Origin: Cycas panzhihuaensis
Taxonomy: Eukaryota; Plantae; Cycadophyta
DNA length: 64,000 nucleotides
Reading direction: 5' to 3'
Assembly: GCA_023213395.1 (NCBI GenBank)
Contig: CM041465.1
Location: 119,357,741 to 119,421,740 of the forward strand
The notes beneath the pieces are model-generated. The model was not told where the DNA came from, searched no databases, and worked only from the letters and a program-made list of their open reading frames with translations. Position 1 is the first letter of the stretch, and each line of letters begins with the position of its first letter. A program made the position numbers and the translations under genes. Positions 14,784 to 26,800 of this stretch are shown here, piece by piece.

Positions 14784-16429
14784 TGTTGAGATTTTAACAT
14801 GGAGAACATTCAACCATAAGAACAATATCAACATCCAGAGAATCACACAATATAATCAGAATATATTACCATACAAAAAGCACCAAGGACTCAAGGTGAG
14901 CCTTGATGATGTGATATCTTTATATACTACCTCAACCACCTTTATATACCAAAGAGGTGGGAGACTATTCAACACAAGTAATGCATGTGGGACAAATACC
15001 TTTGTCCCCACCAATAGCATTACACCACTAACTTGACCAATACATTTATATCCTTTTACATAGTATTATAATTACCTTTTGACCCTAAGACTTAGGACTA
15101 TCACTTATCATTCTAGGACCCACACACATTAAACATTATTTCTAACACCTCCCCTTAATGTTTAATGTTTGAACAAATGACAATTTGACATACATTGACA
15201 CTTGACATGAATTTGAGACTATAGTCATTAAAGACAACATGACAAGACTGACATGACTACCAATGACTCTAATGTACTTTATCTTCTTTGAATCTCCACC
15301 GTCTTGATCTTGGAAAGATCTTGAACACCATGTCTTGGGCATGGTCTTGGTCTTCAACCTTGTAGTGTCCTTTGAATTGATGATCCTCGGGCTTTGCCTC
15401 TTTCAACTTCACACATAGTTGAGAATCCAAGTAGTGAAACATGGATAATTCAGAATGATCCTGCATATCTTCAAGATGTCTTTCAAACATGTCTTCTATC
15501 ACTGCTTCCTTCTCCCCGCTCAAGATGTGAGTGACCATGAGACATTAGCAATATCATTATTATCCAAGTGCAACAATGAGTTGTCAATTGTTAAGGCACC
15601 ATTATCCTCCCCTGAATCAATGGGCTTATTGAGACGAGTTCCTGCAAGTTGTGTGATACACCCTATTTTCTTTGTGTCACTCAAGAAGTTCCATGAACTA
15701 AGTACAATGAGAATCTCCATGATACTCACATGCATATGCTTCCTGATTATGGATATACATACATGGATCATTATTTCAATCTGATTGACTTTCATCATCA
15801 GGTAACCTATCCAGAAGGAAATTTGATTTCGATAAGTAAGATCCTGGTGACATGAAATCCTCCTTATGTTCCTCTGAAAGCAACTTCCTAGTGCCGCTCT
15901 AGGATATGTTATAATTTTGATCTTCTCAAAGATGAGAGTGGAAAATGTAATCGAGTTGAGGGAGATCATGAATATTTTCCAATATATGCCACCATCGTAT
16001 GACTGTCACCATTTGAATTCTTCCTATCAACTTTTCAACGCAAACTAGGATAACATTATCCATACCTTTTATTAGGCAACTCATGTCTCCGTGAACTCCA
16101 TTCGAGGATTGATGCCTGAAATTTTCAGCGTCCAGAGCTAGTTCCTTTATGAGACTTACGATTTTGTCACGCTGCTTTTCCTTCTTTTCTTTCCTCTTCA
16201 ACTTCTTCCTTTGATTCTTTGCCCTCTTGATTCTCTGCTGCTGCATTTCTTCGTGTCCTTTTCATACACTTCCAAGAGTTTCCAAGCATCCTCACCGAGT
16301 CCATATTCAGAGAGCCCGGATAATGAAGTGATAGGAAGATGGGAGGTCATCCTTATCAATGGTCGCAAGTATCACGTCGACAACAATTGCTCTTCCTTTT
16401 GAAGGTTTCCTCCCTTCTTCATGAGCCGC

Positions 16430-16510
16430 TTTTCCCCCATGGATGCTTCCCAAAGTTTCTTGACTATAAATAGACTTTCCATCTTGATTTTCCAAAATGA
16501 AAATTAGTTC
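16430..16510 (-). pseudogene. Copia gag N-terminal remnant inside D
   Basis: Reads TNF/SFWKIKMESLFIVKKLWEASMGEK, matching the Copia gag N-terminal pattern NF.LWK.KM...L....LW. Confidence 0.6.
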
Positions 16511-17078
16511 AGGTATTTGGGTAGAGAAAGCAAAGATCTGATAGCCAATATTCATTTCTATCAGGCACAAAGGTGATAATGTTACTTAACTCCATAGTCT
16601 ACTTCAATTTGAGAAACAAATCGACAAGGAAATATTGGAACCGAGTGCTAGAAAAATGCTCACGCCGCACAACAATCCTTATAACAGTCCAGGTTCCTTC
16701 AAATTTTCGTGGCTGCTATCTTCAGATTTGAGGTGTCTTTCTTTTCTGCTCTTTGTTGCCAGTTTACTCAGGTTCTACTGTTAACCTTATCACAAGGTAT
16801 GAATGTTGCTGCTGAGCCAACGAATCGCGGTGCGCAATGTTCTCCTACTTCATGTGTATACCTGCAAAAAAAGGGAGTTTCCTGCCAAGACTGCTAAGGC
16901 TGTTGCTCTTCCAGCCAGCTGCCAGGACTTGTTCCTCTTTCAACTTCATTAACCAACTGGAATGACAATGATCCCGAACTTTGTGTGAAGCTTTCTTGTG
17001 GTGCAACTTGTCAATACCTGGAATCATTGTTTCTGCACACAATATGAGTTCCTCCAAATGCTTTGCTAGTAGACTCGC

Positions 17079-17365
17079 CCAACATAGAAGGCATTATGCC
17101 TCAAACCTGCCTCGAAATAGACCCATGAGGAACATAAATCTTGCCTTGTCAATAAATGTGTATAAAACAATAGATCATTTGCTTGTGGTCCTCTATTAAA
17201 GTCTAGAGTCGCTCCCCATTCATCACCGTCCTGAGCGTTGAATATCCCGCACTCCCGACTCAACAAATCCCTAGCACACGGTTTTAATTGCACTAAATTG
17301 ATGGGATCCACATCAAATCCTAGAAGCTGCAAAGTAAATATAGCATATTTGTTTCCAATATATCC
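17079..17365 (-). pseudogene. SOS4: Captured pyridoxal kinase (SOS4/PdxK-like) fragments
   Basis: GYIGNKYAIFTLQLLGFDVDPINLVQ (17285-17365), ..QANDLLFYTHLLT (17148-17209) and GKIYVP..SML (17079-17147). These are colinear with plant pyridoxal kinase [27 protein letters not shown]...EANDLLFYTHVLTG...EGKLYVP. Confidence 0.9.
17216..17269 (-). pseudogene. Possible CYP86-clan P450 fragment inserted in the PdxK piece
   Basis: DLLSRECGIFNAQDGDEW resembles the CYP86/94/704 motif DLLGxGIFNxDGxxW. Only 18 codons. Confidence 0.45.
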
Positions 17366-17995
17366 CACGCAGTGATGTCAAGCCCGCCTCGCAAATTCCA
17401 ATCTCTACAAATAATGCATTCAACTATCTTTTGGCCTATACTTAGCTCGGATCCATTTACTTCCTATCGCAGTTCGACTGACACCTCATAGTCTCTACAT
17501 GATGGCTCTGCGCTACGTGCTTTGATGACTCAGCTGCGGAGGTCTCTTCTCACGCCCTTGTCATGAGCTCGCCTTTAATCATCCATACTCGAATGTCCTT
17601 TGCTCATGGTCAGCGAAAAACTTTGACAAAATATTCCACTGTGGCAAGATGCAGACTATTCTATGGCTATGCAGGAGGTTTCGTCATCATATCTCGCACA
17701 TGCAACGAAGAATATCTTACTCTTTTGACAGTTCTCACTAGTGACAAAATCAAAGTCATAGGCGCATATCTACATTCCCTTTGCGGTTGAAACTATCATA
17801 GCTTTCAATAGGACCACCAATCTTATCCAATCGTTATTTGGGGTTAGGACCAAAATTGTTTACAGGGATCGTGCGTTGGAGTGGAGAAATGGATGTTGCT
17901 AAGGCACCAATCAGAGCACAACCTGAATTTCAACCTCAATGATGAGATGCCCAAACCACATCCGCGAGAGCGCTCGTATTTATTTCCTTCACAAC

Positions 17996-18225
17996 AGGTG
18001 TCGCTTCAAAGCAATTGATATATTTACTAGCCAGAAGCTTGAGGATATAGTTCCTTTTTCCACAACTGTGACGTTCCTGAAGTCACACATACTGATTATC
18101 AACTGATTGATGTTACAGAGAATGGTTTTGTGAGTCTTCTTACGGATAGACAGGTGATTGTTAACCTGCGCCACCAAACAGAGACAAGCACTACTTGTGG
18201 CCAACTCAACAGCTGAGTGTCATGC
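17996..18225 (+). pseudogene. eIF5A: Captured eIF5A mRNA fragment, antisense to D
   Basis: CRFKAIDIFTSQKLEDIVPF/HNCDVPEVTHTDYQLIDVTENGFVSLLTD (17999-18147, one frameshift) matches plant eIF5A [49 protein letters not shown]. A degenerate LR..T..ALL..SVM continuation runs to ~18225. No introns. Confidence 0.92.
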
Positions 18226-18422
18226 AGAGACTTAGCCACACAGCCGTCTCACAGTTACGCAGAGAAGGGCATACATAAATCAGCAGAACATTAACAGGAG
18301 GACTTGTTAAATCACCCAAGCGCTGGAACCAGGAGAGGGTTACGCCTTTTTCACAGACGGACTCCTCCTAGTAGATGAACAAATTTACACATAGGGCAGC
18401 ACAAGGCAAATCTCAGATTGTG

Positions 18423-18540
18423 CAACTTCGCTTCATTACTCATGCAAAATGTCAAGGCAGTCATGCAAACAAATGCAATGTTGGGTGGGATCAAACTACA
18501 AAGCTTGGCGATGGGGAATCCACTAGTAGTTAACGCATAA
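18423..18540 (+). pseudogene. Possible serine carboxypeptidase-like fragment
   Basis: QL/ASLLMQN...IKLQSLAMGNPLV resembles the SCPL pattern PQLA.LL..N...IKLK.IA.GNPLL. Confidence 0.4.
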
Positions 18541-21081
18541 TCTAGAGGCTTTTACCAGAATATTTTCTGTATGGAAATTATGATACATAGACTCAATGTT
18601 CTTTCTCCTTAATCATCAACCAGTTGGTCTGCAGAGACTGCTTTCTTTGTCTTATTCTTGTGCTCAGAAACAAGACCCTGGTGCCCAAACAAAATCTTCA
18701 ATTATCTCCTTTTTTGCAGTCGGCTTCTTCTTCTCCTTTTTTCTAATGACAATTCTTTCTCGGAATTTCTTGTCATGGTGGTTTTTGACAGAGGAAACGA
18801 GGTTTGCATAACCTTTAATTTCCGCCAACCAAATCTCCAATATTTCCAAACTCTAACAAGATTTGTAAGGACATAGTTTTACTTTCACCAAACAGAGTTC
18901 AATAGCCAACGATTCAGATTTATTCGTATGTCAACTAATTTCTTCATAGAGTAAACCTTAACACATGGCTACTCCTCATAACAAGGTAAAGGAGTGACAT
19001 TACGGTGAACTTCCGCCAGCATCGATCCTTGGCACACTTCTTATCAACAATGGCCTAGAAACTTTTCTTCCAAATCGATCTTCAATCAGGCACCATCTTA
19101 ATGGAGCCACCTTCTTGCTTGAATGCTTTGTTCTTCACTGGACTTCTCCTCTATCAATCTTCAGACTTGCAACAGGATGGCCCGCTCTGATACCATGTTG
19201 AGATTTTAACATGGAGAACATTCAACCATAAGAACAATATCAACATCCAGAGAATCACACAATATAATCAGAATATATTACCATACAAAAAGCACCAAGG
19301 ACTCAAGGTGAGCCTTGATGATGTGATGTCTTTACATACTACCTCAACCACCTTTATATACCAAAGAGGTGGGAGACTATTCAACACAAGTAATGCATGT
19401 GGGACAAATACCTTTGTCCCCACCAATAGCATTACACCACTAACTTGACCAATACATTTACATCCTTTTACATAGTATTATAATTACCTTTTGACCCTAA
19501 GACTTAGGACTATCACTTATCATTCTAGGACCCACACACATTAAACATTATTTCTAACAAAGAGATGATAGGATGGTACCTAGGGCTACATCACAATTCA
19601 TCATATAGACCATATAGTTTTCTAATTTTTCATCTTTGGGTTTTGTAAATTCACCTGTAATATATTGCCATATCTTTTTTTATTTAAGCTGATGGGATAT
19701 TTGATTTTTCCAGTTGGCATAATTTGAGTCATTAAAACTATAATTGGTATACAGGGGGTTGAACTTAGCATGAATTCCATTATGGATACAAAATAATAAT
19801 TAAATATCCTCTTGAAAGAGGTTTTGTCAAGTTTAGAGATCCTCTCGAAAGAGGTTTGACAAGTTTTACTATAGGTGAATTAATGGGTCACAAAACTTAT
19901 TGATAACCAATGAACATTAAAGGTATCCTTTAACTTTTCATTGATAATCAACAGAAATATTTTAAAAATTATGACATAATAATGAAAGGAATTGGAAATC
20001 ATTATTATTTATTTAGTTTGTTTGGATACCCTTCCCTTAGAATAAAATATTCCCCTTTGTAAAAAAAAATATTATTATTCCCCTTGTTACTTTAAGTAGC
20101 TTAATGAAAAGAATGATTAGTGTTAAAGAGGTTTTATAGTAAAAACTTGATCAATTACAAACTATAAATGAAAGAGTTTATATGTTGATTAGGTGACTAA
20201 AAATGCTCTAAAAACAACAATTTACATAATAAGACTAGTGAAGGGTGTTATACAGATAATTACCCTTTAGTTATCTTTTTGAAAAATAAAATAAAAATTA
20301 TGTTTGAGTGTTTTAAATTAAGTGAATAAAGAAAGAAATTAAAAAAAGATTTAAATGATTAAATGAGGGGGTATATATATTGAGTTGTATTATCAAATGG
20401 GGGGTAAGCCCATTAAAAAAATGTGTTTTAATTAATTAGATCACTTTAAATGCTACATCATTTAAAGATTGGGTATTAATAAGGAAAAATATGGGGGTTT
20501 TAATTAAAACTTAAAAAATAAGGGAATTTGATTAATTAAGGAATATCAAATAAAGGAGGGGTTTTGAATTATTGATTAACGCATTATGTTGAATATAATA
20601 AGGGGTTAATTATTTAATTAAAGTTAAATGTAATAAGGGGGTTTGATTTATTTTGAATTAAATAAAAAAAAAATTGGGGGAGGGAATATGACGGACCTGA
20701 ATAAAGTATTAATAAAATAAAATTATTCTGACATTTACAAAAATATTAAGATGTTCTTAATTTTATTTTGGGGTCCAAGGGGAGGAGGAAACCCTACCTG
20801 GTTCGAGGTGATTAAGGTGGCAGTGTTGGATTTCAATATGCATTCTTCAACTCAGTGGAGGTAGCGATGAGGAATTACAATCTACATTCTTCATCTATGT
20901 GTGGTCTTCCTCTCTAGCTTTTGAGGTAGCGATGGCATAGGCAAGTCTGATTAGTAGGAAGTAGATAGAGGCATCAGCTACTAAGGTGGGGATGGAATAG
21001 GTGGGTCTAATAAGTCATGCTTTTTCTTCTGGTTTTTATGAGTTTGGAGGCCTGGTTTTAGAATCTTTTTCTTGCAGGTTG

Positions 21082-21510
21082 ATGGCAACGAACAACTGCT
21101 ACAACTCCAAGAGAAGTTTGTTATATTATAGTTGTAAAACTCATCAACCTTCAGAAATCTCCCAGCGTGGCTATTATTGATGTAAGGGATGAAGAGAGGA
21201 GCTATGATGGGTATATAACAGGTTCCTTTTACTATGATAGCAATACATTCAAGATCAAATCCTAGAGCTTCTTCAAAATATGAAGGGCAAAGATACCCTT
21301 GTCTTTCACTATGCCTTGAGCAAGGTTCATAAACCATCATGTACTTGCATGCTTGTATAAGCTTTGTCAAAACATGATTATGTTGAAACATCAAATATTC
21401 AGAAAATTCTTGTTCTTGAGAGAGGCTTTAATGAATGGCAAGCTACAGGATGGCCTGTTTATCAATGCATGGAGATTATTTGCAAAGGTTCCAAGATAGT
21501 TATGACGTAA
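21082..21510 (+). pseudogene. CDC25: Full-length intronless copy of plant CDC25-like dual-specificity phosphatase / arsenate reductase ACR2 (rhodanese fold)
   Basis: MATNNCYNSKRSLLY/..[122 protein letters not shown]. This is colinear end to end with Arath;CDC25 (IAIIDVRDEERNYDGHIAGS..KDTLVFHCALSQVRGP..ILERGFNGW..GKPVCRC). Two frameshifts and one stop. Missed by the ORF track. Confidence 0.95.
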
Positions 21511-23846
21511 CTTACACCCAAGGATTTGAATTTCATTCTGAAATTTGAACTTGGGACGTCATTTTGTTATCTGTCAGTAACAGTAATCTTATTTGTAGGC
21601 TATTGCCAGTGAGCTATGGTTGGAAATGGGAGATTCCTGCATGACTTATCTTAATGCTATCTATCAAAAACAAAGTCAAGCCAAGACTATTGATGTTTAA
21701 GATATTGATGGTTATAGTACTCTACAATCCACTTACATCTTCAATGTAAACTAGAAGAGGCAATGGAAGGCTCTAATACCATGTAAAGAATAGTTATCAT
21801 GTACAATGTAAATAGGAACTAGAAACTCAGCATACATACTGATTAAATGATATTGCATAGGTACACGTTATTGGCAGGTGGAAAACCCCTTCTGGGGAAG
21901 AAAAAACACCTCTTAAAAGTAATTTTATTGACCGAAACCTTTACATATCTATGATAATTAGACCTGAACATGAAAACATCGTACATACCAGACAAAAAAT
22001 AAAACCATCCTTAAAACAGGCTTAGGACAACCTGACAGCCTTCTAGATTCTACGAGGAGTTTTTTAAGGAGTAAGAGGTTTGTTGAAAAGGGAAGTTGCT
22101 CATTTTAATGAACTTACATGATTAACAATTATTAAATATTAATTTTATAAAACTGACTTTAGTAACTTACATTAACATGTGACATAAAGCTAACATTAAT
22201 ATTTCTAACAATAGGTACTACTACTAACTACAATCCCATCAAATGTTAGATTTACAATCTATTGAAAATTCTACTTCTATTACCTTAATCATGGTGATGG
22301 CATCTCTTAGAGTTGGAAGGGTAAGTGTCTTTAAGAACATTTGAATGTACTCCTTTAGTCCTGATGTATATACTTTAATTAGTGTTGGGTAGTTGAACTA
22401 TTAGGAAACTTTGTTAAAGAGTTCCTAAAACTCTTCTATGTATGTTTCAACTATCATAGTTTACTTTAGTTGAGTAAGTTAGCTAAAGAATGATTTATTT
22501 CAAGTACCATCATATTATTCAAAGAAATTCTTATAAAAGATGGCCCATGTATGAACAAAATTTTCTTTCTATTACCAATGAAATTAATGGTGGACCTTAC
22601 TTTCTAAGTGGATAGAAGTAAAGGTTAACTACTTATCAGGGTCCATAGGGTTGAGGGTGAAGTATGATTTAAGTTTAGTTATCTAGCTTCTAACCAAGTC
22701 CCTATTGAGATTGAAATCAAATATAGGTGTATTGATCTTGTGGTTCCATGGGTTTTGCCTTAGCATTAGCAATGTAGGTACTAATAGAGGTGATCTACCT
22801 GTCAAGTTTAAGGGATAAAATGTATTGACCATAACTATTAAAATTTTAGTCAACTCTGTGGTGACATATGCCATCTATGTTGTGAAATTATTAGTCATGG
22901 ATGTGAGGTTATTGTTGAGATTGATAATGTCTTTAAATAAATCATCTTTTATTTGTATTATATTAGTTTAAATAAGTGACTTGTGCTTCTATTGCTTAGA
23001 TATTTTTAGTTTATATAGGGCCATTGTACTTGTATCTACTACTACTGTGAATCATTATAAAGAAGAAGGGAATGTAGGGAAGAGGGGTTAACAAGTAAAG
23101 AAAGGGTCACTAAGAAAAGGAATGAGAAAGGAAGAATAGGATCCAAGAGGTGGAACTAATGTAAAACGATGGGAGGTAGAGGTGATTATAGCATATTAAC
23201 CTCCTAGGTACATATATGTAGATGGGATGAGAACTAGGTAACAATCCCACTCAGTTCATCACAATAAGCATGATGAGCTCATCAAAAAAATATAGGTGAG
23301 ATTATATCTGATTTTTGGGCATGTAGGGTACACTTTCCATTTTTTATTAAAAAAATATTTGAGATTAACTTAACCCAAAATAATCAATGTAACATATTGT
23401 TTAAAATAAGATGTATAAATGACTAAGTGAAATTTTTGGCTTGATACTCTTTTTTTTCAATCTTGAGTCTACTAGTGCAAGTTTCATTTAAATTAAACAA
23501 GTATTTCTTAAAGTGACCTTATAGACTAGGTGGTGGCCTTTCCATTTTTTTCTTTTTTATTATTTTGTAAGAGTGCAAACTCTGGACTGAAAAATTAGGT
23601 ATGGGGATCAAAAATTGAACTAAAGTTTTGGGCAAAAATCCTTCAAATATTCTATTATCTTTGTAATATAGGTTAGAGTTGTCATGTTATTGTGTCTGTA
23701 ATATAGGTTGTTATTGTCATTATATTAGTATTATAATTTTAGTATTCTTTTATAATTCATAGGTAGATGGTTGTTTTAATTCTTTTTGAACATTCAATGA
23801 TCTTAGTAGATTACGTTATTTAATAAGAAATAATAGAGATGAGCAG

Positions 23847-26800
23847 TGTAATAGCAAAACTTAAAATAATATGAAGAGAAAATAACTAATAAATCTAAGC
23901 ACATCATCAAGGAATAACCAAAGATTCAAATCAAAGCATAGACTACTTTATTAATATGAGCAACATCTAAAGAATTATAAGAGAAACCCCCAACTTTCTT
24001 CTCATCCATTGATCCAAACCTTTTACATGTGTTGTTATAGAAGTATATAGATATAATTTTATAAGATACCACCTTGTGGTATTACAATATAATGGGCATA
24101 AATCATGGGCTAAGAAAAGACCTGCATAAGACATCTAAAGGGGCTCGAGTGTAATGCTTATATGTATGTAACACTTGTAAAGTGTTCAACATGTCTAAAA
24201 ATCTTCTACTCATTAAATACTTTGTAAGAAATATATATACACAACTATTAAATGCCAAAACCACAAACACACATTGCTTCTCCATACCATTTAAACCTTT
24301 TTGTACTAATAACCTTTACCTTCTACAAATCCACCTTATTAGAATCAATGATTTATATTATAAAATGGAATTGCACGTTGATATACTTTGACTAAGCATT
24401 AAATGTGGGGTTCTTTGCTAGATAGATTACACTTTGACTATCACAATATGTCCTTATAGGCTCTAGCTTAAAGCTAACATCTATGTGTAATCTATGTAAC
24501 CAAATTGCTTCTTTGCATATATGAGTAACTACCATATACTCTACTTGTATGCTTGAATGTATAACAACTTATTGTCTCTTACTCATCTAGTTGGTTATGT
24601 CACTACAAAGGATAAATACATACCTACTTGTAGATCTTCTACTGTTAAGATCTCTCTCCTAATCAACATCAACAAAACATTTTAGATCTACTATTCTACT
24701 CTATATGGGAACTCCTTAGTAATAAATTTTATAGTTTGATATGTCTCATAAATACCTAAAAATCCTTTTCATATCAACCTAATGCTCACTACCTAGGTTT
24801 GACATGTATTTGCTAATAACTCTCATTGTATGGATAATGTTTGGTTAAGTGTTGACCATTATATATATCAGACTTCCAACTACATTTACATATAAGACAA
24901 AGGCCATGGCCTTAACACCTTGTTGAGTCTTTGAGCATTGTTCAACTAATAATTTAAAACTAATAGGGAAAGGAATATTTATTTGACTACAATCTTGTAT
25001 TTTGAAATGATATAGTATCATCTCAATGTATCATCTTTGGTTGAGCCAAATATTAATATTGTTCCTCTCTTTTAATTTTAATATCCAAAATAAATATGTA
25101 GTGAGATTCTAATTAGACTTTTACAAGTTGGTTTATCTCTTTACTATTACCTATTAGTATAATATTATCATCATATAAAGCTAAGATAACAAAGTGATCA
25201 TTAACCTATTTAAAATAAATACAAAAATCACCCTTGTTATGCACAAATCTATCTACCAATATGTATGAATTAAATTTTTGGTACCACATTCTTCGTGATT
25301 ATTTTAAGCCATATAATAACTTCTTCAACCTACACACCAAATTTTTCTTATCTATAACTTTAAAACCTTTAAGCTATAAAATATAAATTTCTTCCTCAAG
25401 ACCATCGTGAAGAAAAGTTATCTTCATGCCTATTTAATCCACCTCAAGATAATAGACAACTGCTACAACTAATAGAAATATATTTGAAGCTAATTTTACA
25501 ATAGAAGAAAACACCTCATCAAAATATATTCCCTTTGCTTAGGAATATCCCTTTGCTATCAAATAGCCCTTATGCATTTTTATAATATCATCTACCTAGA
25601 ACTTCTTCTTAAAGATCCATTTATTATCAATATATTTTCTATTATTTGGTAAATTCACCAAATCTTATGTTTTATTCTTGTCTAAGGTCATACTTTTTTT
25701 TCCCATGGCCTTCTCCTAGAGTTGGTTCTCTTTTAACTCCAAAGCCTCTCAAACAATACATGGATCTTCACCTATAATAGTTAAATAAATTAGGAGTGAC
25801 AAAAGTCTTTAAGAATATACCTATTAGGTTATCTTCTCTCACAAATTAATCTCCTTAAGATGGGGGGTTCTTGAGTTTGGGCAACCTCCTTATTTGGTTC
25901 ATTCTCTTCAGTTAACTCATATTCTAATATAAAATCTTTATCTCTTATCTCAAACAGCACCTTCTTAGTGTCTTTCTCATTTGATTCTTCATCCTGCTTT
26001 AGAGACTTGAACTCCTCTCTAAAGATATCATGACTATATACAACTTTATCTGATTCAAGGTTATAAAGCTTATACCCTTTTACTTCATCACTATAATTAA
26101 TGAAAATAGACTTTTTTGCTTTGAAATCAAGCTTCGCCCTCTATAGGTTAGGAATATATACAAAAGCTTTACAACCAAATACTCTAAAGCAACCAAGAGA
26201 TTATTTATTATCAAACCATACTTCTTTAAGCCTTTTATTCACTAAAGTGATTATTAGTGATCTATTTGTCAGGTAGCTTCAAATCTTATAGCCTCAACCT
26301 ATAGTTTATTCTCTAAACTAATAGCACTAAGCATACTCCACAATCTCTCCAATAAGGTCTTACTCATCCTTTTAGCAACTCTATTCTATTGTGGCATATA
26401 AGGAGTTGTCTTCTACCTTACTATTCTATATTACTTATAAAATTGCTCAAATTTATTTAAATAAAACTTACTTCCATTGTCAATTCTCAACACCTTGATC
26501 CTTTTATCAATCTAATTTTTAACCAAGGCCTTAAATTTCTTAAATTTACTGAAAACCTTAGTCTTTTACCTTAAAAAGTACAACCATATCTTTCTCAAGA
26601 AATCATAAATAAATAAGATAAAATACTTAGATCCACCTAAAGAAGGTACATCAATTAATCTAAAAACATCATTGTACACTTACTACATAATTCCCTTCAC
26701 TCTCTTTGAACTAAAAGGAAAACATATATGATTCTATTTGCCATAAATATAATGTTTGCAAAAATTGAAATCAAAGTAGTTATTAATCCTAGAGATATCT

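Larger units (their letters stand above)
14784..19559 (-). mobile_element. Element D: young non-autonomous LTR retroelement with a mosaic of host mRNA fragments
   Basis: 364-bp LTRs 14784-15147 and 19196-19559 (TG...CA, 3 substitutions). Perfect TSD AAGAG at 14779-14783 and 19560-19564. Intact PBS TGGTATCAGAGC 19184-19195. PPT 15148-15157. The interior has no long ORF and higher GC than the flanks. Confidence 0.95.
10338..22210 (-). mobile_element. Element C: full-length Ty1/Copia (decayed) carrying a captured CDC25/ACR2 cDNA
   Basis: LTRs 10338-10779 and 21782-22210 (about 90% identical by eye). Perfect TSD ATAGG at 10333-10337 and 22211-22215. PBS GGCTCTAATACCA 21769-21781. PPT 10780-10790. 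Order gag-PR-INT-RT-RH on the minus strand. Confidence 0.95.

Noticed and set aside
15909-15935. YNFDLLKD resembling the KRP/ICK motif
   Set aside because: Too short, and the downstream GRYEW is missing.
15142-16246. Overlapping 70-150 aa ORFs in D as a novel gene
   Set aside because: No coherent domain, present on both strands, and explained by higher GC and mosaic fragments.
20981-21394. 137-aa minus-strand ORF
   Set aside because: It is the antisense shadow of the CDC25 pseudogene on the plus strand.
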